DNA of 64,000 nt from an uncultured Gemmatimonadales bacterium (GCA_963730185.1 CAVSQW010000007.1:96001-160000); one strand, 5' to 3'; numbered from the stretch's first letter, positions 9,169 through 18,861 are shown. Notes: generated by a model not told the origin, from the letters alone. Numbers and translations: made by a program.

Positions 9169-10778
9169 CGGGCGCGCCAGGCAACGGGGCGGCGGGCGGG
9201 TTCGATACCGTCGTCGTCGGCGCCGGGGTCAACGGCCTCGTGGCGGCCATCGCGCTGGCGAAGGCCGGGGAGCGGGTCCTGGTCGTGGACCGGGCCGACC
9301 AGTTCGGCGGCGAGCACCGGGTGGTCGAGTTCGCGCTCGGGTTCCGGGCTTCGCCGCTGGCGCCGGATCTGGGCTGGATCCCGCCCGAGGTTCGGCGCGG
9401 AGCGGGGATCGCCGAGCGGCTGACCGAGCTCGAGGTGGCGGCCGACCCGACGGTGGTGGGCGTCGACGGCGCGGGCGGCTTCCTGCCCCTGCATCGCGAT
9501 CCGGCGGTCACCGCGGAGCGGCTCCGTCACTATTCGCCCCGTGATGCCATTCAGTGGCCGCTCTTCGCCGGCCGGTTGTCGCGGTTGGCCGGCTTCCTGG
9601 GCTCGCTCTACGGTGGCCCACCGCCTCGGATCGACGCGTCGTCGCCGGGCGAGCTCTGGGACCTGGCCCGGTTGGGCGGGCGGCTCAAGCGGCTCGGCCG
9701 GGTGGAGATGGTGGAGCTCCTCCGGACCGTGCCGATGGCCGTGGGCGAGTTCCTGGACGAATGGTTCGAGACCGACGTGCTCAAGGGCACCCTGGCGGCC
9801 GGCGCCGTCGCGACGCTCTGCCAGGGTCCGCGGTCGGGCGGGACGGCGTTCCCCCTGCTCCACGGCCAGGTCGGCGCCGCCCCCGGCGCGATTCGCTCGG
9901 GGCTTCGGCTCCGGGGCGGGGTCGCCGCGCTGGTTACCCTACTGGTCGAGGAAGCGCGCCGGCGCGGGGTGGAGCTCCGATCGCAGGCGCCGGTGGCCGA
10001 GATCGAGGTGCGGAACGACGCCGTGAGCGGCGTCCGTCTCGAGACCGGTGAGCGGATCGCGGCCTCGCACGTCCTCTCGACGGCCGATCCGACGCGAACG
10101 CTCCTGAGTCTGGTGGACCCGTTGTATCTGGATCCCGAGCTGATCGCCGCGGTCCGGAACATCCGTTACCGAGGAGCGCAGGCCCGGGTGCTGCTGGGGC
10201 TCGACGCGCTGCCGGTGCCGCCCGGGCTGGAAGGTGGAGAGCGGGCCCTGACCGGGCGGTTGGTGCTGGCACCGTCGCTCGCCCACCTGGAACGGGCCTA
10301 CGACGCCACCAAGTACGGGGAGGTGGCGGAGGAGCCGCTGGTCGAGCTCCGGATTCCGAGCCTGCTCGAGGAGGGCCTGGCGCCCGCCGGGAAGCACGTC
10401 ATGGTGCTCGACGTGCAGTTCGCGCCGTACCGCCTCCGGGCCGGCGACTGGAGCGGCCATCGCGAGCGCCTGGGCGATCTGGCCCTCGAGCTTGCCGGGC
10501 GGGTCCTTCCCGGGTTGGCCGACCGGGTGCTCCATCGGGCCGTGCTGACCCCGGCGGACCTCGAAGCCGAGTTCGGCCTCACCGAAGGTGCCGTGAGCCA
10601 GGGCGAGATGATGCTGGACCAGATTTTGTTCATGCGCCCGGTCGCCGGCTGGTCCCGCTACGCGCTTCCGGTCCCGGGGCTCTTCCTGGGCGGCTCGGGG
10701 GCGCATCCGGGGCCCGGGATCACGGGGGCGCCGGGATGGCAGGCGGCGCAGGCGGCGCTCCGGGCCCGGGCGTCGTAG
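9165..10778 (+). CDS. Phytoene dehydrogenase-like FAD oxidoreductase, divergent copy B
   Basis: ATGA overlap. FDTVVVGAGVNGL, LERAYDATKYG and GSGAHPGPGITGAPG; collinear with copy A. Confidence 0.88.
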   Translation: MTGAPGNGAAGGFDTVVVGAGVNGLVAAIALAKAGERVLVVDRADQFGGEHRVVEFALGFRASPLAPDLGWIPPEVRRGAGIAERLTELEVAADPTVVGVDGAGGFLPLHRDPAVTAERLRHYSPRDAIQWPLFAGRLSRLAGFLGSLYGGPPPRIDASSPGELWDLARLGGRLKRLGRVEMVELLRTVPMAVGEFLDEWFETDVLKGTLAAGAVATLCQGPRSGGTAFPLLHGQVGAAPGAIRSGLRLRGGVAALVTLLVEEARRRGVELRSQAPVAEIEVRNDAVSGVRLETGERIAASHVLSTADPTRTLLSLVDPLYLDPELIAAVRNIRYRGAQARVLLGLDALPVPPGLEGGERALTGRLVLAPSLAHLERAYDATKYGEVAEEPLVELRIPSLLEEGLAPAGKHVMVLDVQFAPYRLRAGDWSGHRERLGDLALELAGRVLPGLADRVLHRAVLTPADLEAEFGLTEGAVSQGEMMLDQILFMRPVAGWSRYALPVPGLFLGGSGAHPGPGITGAPGWQAAQAALRARAS

Positions 10779-10798
10779 CCGAGAGCCGGGGAGGTCCC

Positions 10799-11929
10799 AT
10801 GTCGACGTTTCACCGCACGGCCACCAGCCATCAACCGGGCGCTCGGACCATGCCCGGGGAGTACTACACTTCGCCGGCCATCTTCGCCGAGGAGGCCGAG
10901 CGGATCGGGCTCACCCAGTGGCACTGCGTGGGCCGGGTCGACGCGATCGCGGCCCCGGGCGACTTCCTGGTCCGGACCATCGCCGGGGAGTCGCTGATCG
11001 TCCTGCGCGACCGCCGGGGCGACCTGCGGGCCCTCTTCAACGTCTGCCGCCACCGGGGCACCCGGCTCTGCGATCGCTCCTCAGGGCACTTCTCCGAGAC
11101 GATCCAGTGCCCCTACCACGCCTGGACCTGGACCACCGACGGCCAGCTGATCGGCGCGCCCCACATGCAGGAGGTGGAGGGGTTCGACAAGGGCGACTAC
11201 CCGCTCCATCAGGCGGCGGTGGCGAGCTGGGAGGGATTCGTCTTCGTCAATCTGTCGCCGGGTCCGGTGGCGCTCGAGGCCGCGCTGGCGCCGATCTGGG
11301 ACCGGTTCCGCCGGTTCGGCCTGGACCGGCTCCGCCCGGGCCGCCGGATCCGCTACGAGATCGCGACCAATTGGAAGCTGGTGTTTCAGAACTACTCCGA
11401 GTGCCTCCACTGCCCCATGATCCACCCGGAGCTCTCCTGCAAGCTGCCCTATCAGAGCGGCGCCAACGACCTGATGGAGGGCCCGTTCCTCGGCGGCTAC
11501 ATGGAGATCACCGAGGGCAACGAGAGCGTGACCGTGTCGGGCCGGCGGGTGGCGCCCTGGATCGCGGACCTCGGTCCCGAGGATCGGCGGCGGGCGTATT
11601 ACTACACCCTGATGCCCAACCTGCTGCTCAGCGTGCATCCGGACTACGTGAACTACTATCTGGTCTGGCCCGAGGCGGCCGACCGGACGGTGGTGGAGAG
11701 CGAGTGGCTCTTCCATCCCGCCGCGTTCGACGATCCGGGCTTCGATCCGGACGACGCGGTGGCGATGTGGGATCTGACCAACCGGCAGGACTGGAAGATT
11801 ACCGAGGAGAGCCTGGCCGGGATCCGGTCGCGCCATTACCGCCCCGGCCCCTATTCGGCCCGGGAGAGCGTGCCGGCGGCCTGGGATCGCGCCTATCTCG
11901 AGCTGATGGGCCGGCCGACCGGAGCCTGA
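10799..11929 (+). CDS. Rieske non-heme iron oxygenase alpha subunit (GbcA/choline monooxygenase-like)
   Basis: GGAGG RBS, Rieske CRH...CPYH, mononuclear Fe motif NWK..ECLHCPMIH and the late QD. Confidence 0.9.
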   Translation: MSTFHRTATSHQPGARTMPGEYYTSPAIFAEEAERIGLTQWHCVGRVDAIAAPGDFLVRTIAGESLIVLRDRRGDLRALFNVCRHRGTRLCDRSSGHFSETIQCPYHAWTWTTDGQLIGAPHMQEVEGFDKGDYPLHQAAVASWEGFVFVNLSPGPVALEAALAPIWDRFRRFGLDRLRPGRRIRYEIATNWKLVFQNYSECLHCPMIHPELSCKLPYQSGANDLMEGPFLGGYMEITEGNESVTVSGRRVAPWIADLGPEDRRRAYYYTLMPNLLLSVHPDYVNYYLVWPEAADRTVVESEWLFHPAAFDDPGFDPDDAVAMWDLTNRQDWKITEESLAGIRSRHYRPGPYSARESVPAAWDRAYLELMGRPTGA

Positions 11930-11965
11930 GCGCGCCCCGGTCGTCGAGGCCGGGTTGAGCCCGGC

Positions 11966-13543
11966 TCAGTCGATCGCGGTCCGTCGCCGGCCGGCGTACC
12001 GCAAGCCGAAGAAGATCGCCCCGGCCACCAGGAGCGAGCCGGCCTGGGTCGCGAGGTGCCCGAGGTAGATCTCGCCCGCGAGGAACACCGAGGACATCAG
12101 CAGGGTCAGCGTGGTCACCCGGGTGCCGAAGCGGGCGAAGGCCGAGAAGCTGATCGGCGACTCCGCCTTCTCGGCGAGTCCCACGACCGTCACGTTGGCG
12201 CTGGCCCCGATCACCGAGCCGTTCCCCCCGAGGCATGCCCCGAGGGCCAGGGCCCACCAGAGCACCGACGTCTCGCCGCTGAGCTGGCCTGACAGGTTCC
12301 CGATGATCGGGATCACCACCGCGACGTAGGGGATGTTGTCGATCAGGGCGGAGAGGATCCCGCTCACCCAGAGAATCAGGAGCGAGGCGAAGAGCAGGGT
12401 CCCGAGATCCGACAGCCCGGCGGCATGGCGGCCCCACTCGATGAACCCGACTAGCCCGTGAGAGAGGGTGTTGATCAGGCCGGTCTGAACGGCGGCGCCG
12501 ACCGCGATGAAGAGGAAGGCGAAGAACGAGAGGGTGGGCCACTCGATCTCGCCCTCGATCACGTGGAGGATGCCGTGGACTCGCTCGGCGAACGAGGCGT
12601 CCCGAACCCGGAGGTAGAAGACATCCTGCACGACCAGCATCAGAGCCGCGCCGATCGCGGCGGGCACGGCGGCCGGCATCCCGGTGAGGGGATGGGTGAA
12701 GAACCCGACGAAGATCAGGACCGCGATGACCAGGCCGGCGTTCAGGAGGGGGCGATTCCGGAGCCGGGGGACGGTTACCTCGTCGGGTTCGAGCGACTGG
12801 CGTCCGGCGGCGTAGTCGGCGGCGTAGTAGGACCTGGTGAACCAGACCAGCATGGCCATCATCGCCAGCACCGGGATGGTCAGGTTCACGACGAAGTCGC
12901 CGAAGCTGAGCCCGGCTCTCGAGCCGATCAGAATGTTGGGTGGGTCGCCGATCAGGGTCGCGGTGCCGCCGATGTTGGCGGCCATCACCATCGGGAGGAG
13001 AAAGGCCGCGACCGGAATCCGAATCTCGCGGGCCAGCTGGATCGCCATCGGGGTGGTGAAGACCACCGTGGTGACGTTGTCGGCCAGGGCCGAGATCAGC
13101 CCGGTGAACCAGATCAGGATCTGGGCGAGGAGGAAGGGTTTGCCGCCCGAGAGCTGGAGCAGCCGGGCCACGGCCCACGTGAAGACGCCGGTCGACTTGA
13201 GCACGCCGACCACCGCCATCATCGAGGCCAGCAGGATGATGACGTTGAGGTCGATCTCGGCCTGGGAGGCCTCGAACGAAATCAGGTGATAGGGCGTCAG
13301 GTAGGTGATCAGCCAGAGCAAGGCCACGGCGCAGAAGATCACCAGCACCCGGTGCGCCTTTTCCAGGGCGAGCATCACGAACACGCCGGTGATGATCGCC
13401 GCCACGAGGCCCTGTGACACGGCGTCGTGGGTCGACGCGAGCCCAGACTCGGCGGCCCAGGCAACCCCCGGCGCCAAGACCGCCAGGCCGGCGAGCAACG
13501 GCAAGGCGCGGAGCGCGCAACGGAAACGAGTGGGGATGGTCAT
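11966..13543 (-). CDS. ArsB/NhaD (ion transporter superfamily, P-protein-like) permease, copy 1
   Basis: SALADNVTTV, ANIGGTATLIGDPPNILIG, SALIDNIPYV and LGGNGSVIGASANV motifs. Start uncertain (13543 or 13606). Confidence 0.88.
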   Translation of the reverse strand: MTIPTRFRCALRALPLLAGLAVLAPGVAWAAESGLASTHDAVSQGLVAAIITGVFVMLALEKAHRVLVIFCAVALLWLITYLTPYHLISFEASQAEIDLNVIILLASMMAVVGVLKSTGVFTWAVARLLQLSGGKPFLLAQILIWFTGLISALADNVTTVVFTTPMAIQLAREIRIPVAAFLLPMVMAANIGGTATLIGDPPNILIGSRAGLSFGDFVVNLTIPVLAMMAMLVWFTRSYYAADYAAGRQSLEPDEVTVPRLRNRPLLNAGLVIAVLIFVGFFTHPLTGMPAAVPAAIGAALMLVVQDVFYLRVRDASFAERVHGILHVIEGEIEWPTLSFFAFLFIAVGAAVQTGLINTLSHGLVGFIEWGRHAAGLSDLGTLLFASLLILWVSGILSALIDNIPYVAVVIPIIGNLSGQLSGETSVLWWALALGACLGGNGSVIGASANVTVVGLAEKAESPISFSAFARFGTRVTTLTLLMSSVFLAGEIYLGHLATQAGSLLVAGAIFFGLRYAGRRRTAID

Positions 13544-13746
13544 CGGGGTCGGCAATGTGTCGGGGCCGGGCCGGTCGTCGCAAGCCTGGCGCCGCGGCGA
13601 GCCCACTCACCAACCACCTTCATCGATTCCTTCGCGCCCTCCGCGTATTCTGCGGTTGAATCAGGTCGATCGGGGCCGCGGATGGGATCGGGCCCCGGCG
13701 GAGGAACGGCAGGTCGACCGCAGTGGGCGGGGAGGCCGGGCGGCGG

Positions 13747-15294
13747 CTACCCGGCGGACCGGACGGTGCGACGGGCGATCCAGCGGGCCAGGAGGAGTCC
13801 CAGGAAGACGGTGATGGTGGTGAGGTGGGTGGGGAGCCGTCCGAGGAAGACGAATCCGGCCAGGAAGAGCGATGACGCGGCCAGTGTCATGGTCATAACC
13901 CGGGCACCGAACCGGGTGAAGTCGAGGAACGAGATCGGAACCGACGCCTTCTCGGCCAGCCCGACCACCGTCACGTTGGCGCTGGCCCCGATCAGGGTGC
14001 CGTTGCCGCCCAGGCAGGCCCCGAGCGAGAGGGCCCACCAGAGGATCTCGGTGTCGCCGGTCAGGTGCCGGGTCAGGGTGGCGATCAAGGGGATGGTCAC
14101 TGCCACGTAGGGGATGTTGTCGATCAGGGCCGAGAAGATCCCGCTGGCCCAGAGCACCAGCATCGAGGCGAAGTAGAGCGTCCCCCGATCGGAGAGCCCA
14201 AGGTGCAGCCGGCCCCAGTCCACGAAGCCGGCCACGCCCGCGGCCAGCGTGTCGATCAGCCCGGTCTGGACGGCGGCACCCACGGCGATGAACAACAGCG
14301 CGAAGAAGGAGAGGGTGGGCCACTCGATCTCCCGCTCGATGACGTGGAGGATGCCGTGCATCCGCTCCCGCATCGACGGGTCGCGGGATCGGAGGTAGAA
14401 CAGGTCTTGGACCAGGAGGATCGCCGCCGCGCCGATCGCCGCGGGCACCGCCGCCGGCATCCCCGTCATGCTGTGGGTGAAGAAGCCCACGAAGATCAGA
14501 CCCGAGATCGCCAGCGCCCAGCGGAGGAGGGGCAGGTCGGAGAGCGGCGGAACCTCCACGGCGTCGCGGTCGAGCGAGGTCCTTCCCGCGCGGAACGCGC
14601 TCCGGAAGTACCGGGCCGAGAACCACTCGAGCAGGACCATCATGCAGAGGACCGGGGCGGTCAGGTTGACCAGGAACTCGAGGAAGCTCAGCCCGGCCCC
14701 GGATCCGATCAGGATGTTCGGGGGGTCGCCGATCAGGGTCGCGGTCCCGCCGATGTTCGCCGCCATCACCATCGGGAGCAGGAACGCGGGCGCCGCCACG
14801 CCCGTCGCCCCGGCCACCTCGAGCGCCATCGGAGTGGCGAAGATCACGGTCGTGACGTTGTCGGCCAGACTGGAGAGAATCCCGGTGAACCAGATCAGGA
14901 TGGCCATCAGGACCAGCGGCCGTCCGCCCGCCGCCCGGAGCAGCCGGGCCACCGCCCAGGCGAAGACCCCGGTGGACTTGAGCACCCCCACCACGGCCAT
15001 CATCGAGGCCAGCAGCAGGATCACGTTCAGGTCGATCGCCTCGTGCGAGGCCTCGAACGAAATCAGGTGATAGGGCGTGAGGTAGGTGATCAGCCAGAGG
15101 AGGGCCACCGCCGAGAGAATGACCAGCACCCGATGGGCCTTCTCCAGCGCCAGCAGAACGAACACGCTCACGATGATCAGCGCCACCAGGATCTGGGACA
15201 CCGGATCGTGGGTGGAGTTGAGCGGGTTCGGGGCGGCCAGGGGCGACGCCGCCTGTCCGAGGGTCACGTCGATGAGGAGGGGGAGTCGGGGCAC
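13747..15294 (-). CDS. ArsB/NhaD permease, copy 2 (tandem paralog)
   Basis: Same motifs as copy 1, with long shared stretches such as LLWLITYLTPYHLISFEAS and HGILHVIE.EIEWPTLSFFA. Confidence 0.88.
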   Translation of the reverse strand: MPRLPLLIDVTLGQAASPLAAPNPLNSTHDPVSQILVALIIVSVFVLLALEKAHRVLVILSAVALLWLITYLTPYHLISFEASHEAIDLNVILLLASMMAVVGVLKSTGVFAWAVARLLRAAGGRPLVLMAILIWFTGILSSLADNVTTVIFATPMALEVAGATGVAAPAFLLPMVMAANIGGTATLIGDPPNILIGSGAGLSFLEFLVNLTAPVLCMMVLLEWFSARYFRSAFRAGRTSLDRDAVEVPPLSDLPLLRWALAISGLIFVGFFTHSMTGMPAAVPAAIGAAAILLVQDLFYLRSRDPSMRERMHGILHVIEREIEWPTLSFFALLFIAVGAAVQTGLIDTLAAGVAGFVDWGRLHLGLSDRGTLYFASMLVLWASGIFSALIDNIPYVAVTIPLIATLTRHLTGDTEILWWALSLGACLGGNGTLIGASANVTVVGLAEKASVPISFLDFTRFGARVMTMTLAASSLFLAGFVFLGRLPTHLTTITVFLGLLLARWIARRTVRSAG

Positions 15295-15427
15295 GAGGGC
15301 TCGTGGGGAGGACGGTCAAGTGTGGCGGGGCCGTGGCCGTCTTGCAAGCGCTCCTGGGGGGTAGCATCGTTGGGGGGCCCGGACCGCGCCGGGCTCCCGA
15401 CCCCCAGCCCCGAGCCCGAGACGATCA

Positions 15428-16807
15428 ATGAAGGCTGCCGCCCGTCCGCCCCTCGTCCGCCCCCTGCTCGCCTTCGCGGCGGCGGTCGTCGTCGCCGCGC
15501 CGGGCCTTTGGGCCCAGACCCGACCCTTCGGCACCCTGCGGGAGCAGGCCCGCCGCCAGCAGGGATGGCTCGCCGAGCGGCTCACCACGGTGCTGCCCGC
15601 CCTGATGCGGCGGTACGGGATCGACCTCTGGGTCATCCCGATGCGGGAGTACAACGAGGATCCGACCTTCACCTCGCTGGTGTCGCCCACCACCTTCGCC
15701 GCCCGCCGCCGGACCATCTACGTGTTCTTCGACCGGGGTGGTGATCGTGGCGTGGAGCGGATCGCGCTCGGGGGCACTTCCCAGGGTGGCCTCTACGACG
15801 CCGTCCGGGCCACCAAGACGGTCGACGCGCCGGTCGGCGGCCAGCAGGCCGAGCTCTGGGGCGACGAGCAGTGGCAGGTCCTCGAACGGGTCCTCGCCGA
15901 GCGGAACCCGAAGGTGATCGGGGTGGACGTCTCCCGGGTCTTCGCCTTCTCGGACGGCCTCTCGGCCGGCGAGTACGAGGGGATGAAGGCGGCGCTTTCG
16001 GAGAAGTGGGTGAGCCGGATGAAGCCGGCCGACGGCCTGGCCATCGACTTCATCGCCACCCGGGTGCCGGACGAAGAGGCCTTCTACCATCAGCTCACCC
16101 AGCTGGTGTGGGACACGATCGACGAGATGTTTTCGAGCCGGACCGTCACCCCGGGCGTGACCCGCACCAGCGACCTGGTCTGGTGGTGGCGCCAGCGGGT
16201 CAACGATCTCGGGCTTGGGACCTGGTTCCAACCGTCGATCGAAGTGCAGCGCCAGGGCACCAGCGAGGAAGCGCTCGGCGACGATCCCGTGATTCAGCGG
16301 GGCGACGTGCTCCACTGCGACGTCGGGATCACCGCCCTCCGCCTCAATACCGACACCCAGCACATGGCCTACGTCCTCGAGCCGGGCGAGACCGACGCCC
16401 CGCCGGGCCTTCGCCGGGCGCTGGCCAACGCCAACGCCTTCCAGGACATCCTGCTCGACGAGGTTCGGCCGGGGCGGACCGGCAACGAGATCCTGGCCCT
16501 GACCCGGAAGCGCCTGGCGGCGCTCGGCCTGAGCGGCACGATGTACAGCCATCCGATCGGGATGCACGGGCACGGCTCGGGACCGCTGATCGGACTCTGG
16601 GACTACCAGGAGGGCGTGCCCGGCCGGGGTGACCACGCCGTCATCCCCAACATGTGGTTCTCGGGCGAGCTCCAGGTCACCTCGCCGGTCCCGGAGTGGG
16701 GTGGCCAGCCGGTCCGGATGGCGCTCGAGGAGGACTTCGTGGTGGCCGCCGACGGGTCCACCCACTGGGCCCTCCGTCGTCAGGATCGCCTCCACCTGAT
16801 CCGATGA
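15428..16807 (+). CDS. M24 family metallopeptidase (Xaa-Pro aminopeptidase-like), secreted
   Basis: Signal peptide and pita-bread metal ligands HCDVG, TDTQH, SHPIG..GH, SGEL and ALEED. Confidence 0.87.
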   Translation: MKAAARPPLVRPLLAFAAAVVVAAPGLWAQTRPFGTLREQARRQQGWLAERLTTVLPALMRRYGIDLWVIPMREYNEDPTFTSLVSPTTFAARRRTIYVFFDRGGDRGVERIALGGTSQGGLYDAVRATKTVDAPVGGQQAELWGDEQWQVLERVLAERNPKVIGVDVSRVFAFSDGLSAGEYEGMKAALSEKWVSRMKPADGLAIDFIATRVPDEEAFYHQLTQLVWDTIDEMFSSRTVTPGVTRTSDLVWWWRQRVNDLGLGTWFQPSIEVQRQGTSEEALGDDPVIQRGDVLHCDVGITALRLNTDTQHMAYVLEPGETDAPPGLRRALANANAFQDILLDEVRPGRTGNEILALTRKRLAALGLSGTMYSHPIGMHGHGSGPLIGLWDYQEGVPGRGDHAVIPNMWFSGELQVTSPVPEWGGQPVRMALEEDFVVAADGSTHWALRRQDRLHLIR

Positions 16808-16853
16808 CCGGGCGCCGCGGCTTCCGGCCGCTCCCCGTCACCCCCGGCGTCTC

Positions 16854-17825
16854 ATGTTGACCGCCGTCGGGCTGGTCCTGCTCGCCTTGGTGGTCCTGGC
16901 CTTCGGCGGCGAGCTCCTGGTCCGAGGCGCCGTGGGGATCGCGCGAGTCGCGGGGCTCACCCCGGCCGTGATCGGACTCACGGTCGTCGCCCTCGGGACG
17001 TCGCTGCCGGAGCTGGTCGTGAGCGTGATCGCCTCGCTCAAGGGGCAGCCCGATCTCTCGATCGGCAACGTGATCGGCTCCAACATCATCAACCTGTCGT
17101 TCATCGTCGGTCTGGCTGCCTTGGTGCGCCCGTTGGCCATCACCGGGACCGTGGTCCGGGTGGAATGGCCGATCATGTTCGTGGCCAGCGCCGCCTTCGT
17201 GGGCTGGAGCTGGGACGGTCAGCTGACCCGGGTCGAGGCCGGGCTCTTCCTGGTGTTCCTGGTGCTGGTGATGGTCAACGCCATCCGGCTGGCTCGTCGG
17301 GAGGTCACTGCGGGCGAGTCGGCCCAGCTCGGTGAGGAAGTGGCCGCGCTGGCGCCGAAGGGCGTGCTGGCCGAGACCTCGGTGGCCGCCGCCTTGACCC
17401 TGGTCGGGATCGGGCTCCTGATCGTCGGGGGCCGCTGGCTGGTGGAGGGCGCGGTGGCGCTGGCGGAGTTGGCCGGGATGAGCCAACGGGTCATCGGCCT
17501 CACGATCGTCGCGGGCGGGACCAGCGCGCCCGAAGTCGCGACCTCGGTGGTGGCCGCCGTTCGGGGCCGCTCCGACATCGCGGTCGCCAACTTGATCGGC
17601 TCCAACATCTTCAACGTCCTCGGGATCCTCGGGGTGGCCGGGGTCATCACCCCGATCACGGTCTCGCCCGCGATGCTCGGGAGCGACGTCTGGTGGATGC
17701 TCGGCATCGAGCTGTTGCTCTTCCTCCTGATGTGGCTCCGTCGGCGCCTGTCCCGGCTCGACGGGGCCATTCTGCTCGGGGCCTACCTCACCTACCTCGG
17801 CTTTCTCCTGGGGGTCCGGTTCTGA
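16854..17825 (+). CDS. Calcium/sodium antiporter (CaCA, YrbG-like)
   Basis: Two alpha repeats: GTSLPEL...GNVIGSNI and GTSAPEV...ANLIGSNIFN. Confidence 0.92.
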   Translation: MLTAVGLVLLALVVLAFGGELLVRGAVGIARVAGLTPAVIGLTVVALGTSLPELVVSVIASLKGQPDLSIGNVIGSNIINLSFIVGLAALVRPLAITGTVVRVEWPIMFVASAAFVGWSWDGQLTRVEAGLFLVFLVLVMVNAIRLARREVTAGESAQLGEEVAALAPKGVLAETSVAAALTLVGIGLLIVGGRWLVEGAVALAELAGMSQRVIGLTIVAGGTSAPEVATSVVAAVRGRSDIAVANLIGSNIFNVLGILGVAGVITPITVSPAMLGSDVWWMLGIELLLFLLMWLRRRLSRLDGAILLGAYLTYLGFLLGVRF

Positions 17826-17969
17826 CCGTGGCTGGTGGCCGACCTGGGCCAGCCGGCGAGTTTGTCGATTACGGGGGGCGTCGTTCGACCTGGGGGCTCA
17901 AGGTTCGGGACGGGGCGACCGATACTGTTCCATCAACGAGTATACCGTGCAACGCGCACCAGGGACTCA

Positions 17970-18243
17970 ATGATCGGACCGGTCGCATCGCCACGCCCCA
18001 TCGAGCTCCTCCGAGCGAGCTCGGACCAGATCCGCCGAGCGGCGGACCTGCTGGCCGAGCATCACCGGGCAGACCGATCCCAGGCGGTCGGTCCGGCGTG
18101 CGCCCACCCGTCCGGCCCCCGATCCGGCCGACGAGGCCGATCGGGCCGCCGAGGACCGGACCCGGACCATCCTCGAGGCCCAGCGGGGCTTCGTGGCCTC
18201 CCTCCGCCTCGAACAGATCGAGGAGCGTCTCGGACCCCGCTGA
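17970..18243 (+). pseudogene. Small frameshifted gene, DksA/TraR coiled-coil-like (no Zn finger)
   Basis: ATG 17970 gives MIGPVASPRPIELLRASSDQIRRAADLLAEH. After a +1 shift near 18080-18120 the frame reads PDPADEADRAAEDRTRTILEAQRGFVASLRLEQIEERLGPR*, which contains DxxDxA. Confidence 0.35.
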
Positions 18244-18335
18244 CCCACCGGGTGGCCCCGCGACCGCCCTTCCCAAGCCTCCTGGTCCAACCTTATCCTA
18301 CGGTTCACGGACCAACGACGTAGTCGAGGCAAACG

Positions 18336-18860
18336 GTGAGCGACGAACCAGAATATCTGCGGCTCATGCGGCAGCGCCGGCACGAGCAGAGTCGACGCTC
18401 CGGGTCCGGGTCCGGTGCCCATTCCGACTATTCCGCCCAGGAGCAAGAGGCGTTGCGGTGGGCCAGGGAGTTGGCCAAGGGCACCGAGCTCCGCTCGATC
18501 CGGAACCTGGGGGGATCTCGCTACGCGGCCCTGGTGCGCCTCCAGGCCGCGAGCGGGGTCAAGTTCTTGTCCCTAGAGGGTTTTGCCGGTCGGGAGGCCC
18601 TGATCGATCGGGTCAAGCCGGGGGCGACCGTCGGCGAGGAGGTCTTGGGCGCCTACGAGGTCCGGGGCGGCCGCCCGGTCACGATCGAGCTTGGCGACGA
18701 CGGCCAGGTGGCCCTCAAGATGGGCAAGCCCCGGCCGGGGGCGAACCCGGTCAGCCCCGAGAAGATGATCCGGCGGGCGGCGGCTGAGGCGGCGGAGCGG
18801 GAGAAGTCGCGCCCCAGAGACCGGGACCGGGGCGGTCGGAGCGGGAAGACGCGGACCTGA
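18336..18860 (+). CDS. Hypothetical protein
   Basis: GAGG 6 nt before GTG, GC3-biased codons, hairpin immediately downstream. No family recognised. Confidence 0.7.
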   Translation: MSDEPEYLRLMRQRRHEQSRRSGSGSGAHSDYSAQEQEALRWARELAKGTELRSIRNLGGSRYAALVRLQAASGVKFLSLEGFAGREALIDRVKPGATVGEEVLGAYEVRGGRPVTIELGDDGQVALKMGKPRPGANPVSPEKMIRRAAAEAAEREKSRPRDRDRGGRSGKTRT

Positions 18861-18861
18861 G

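Noticed and set aside
7588..10778. crtI carotenoid desaturases
   Set aside because: No crtB/crtE nearby; the context and motifs fit the broader phytoene-dehydrogenase-like family.
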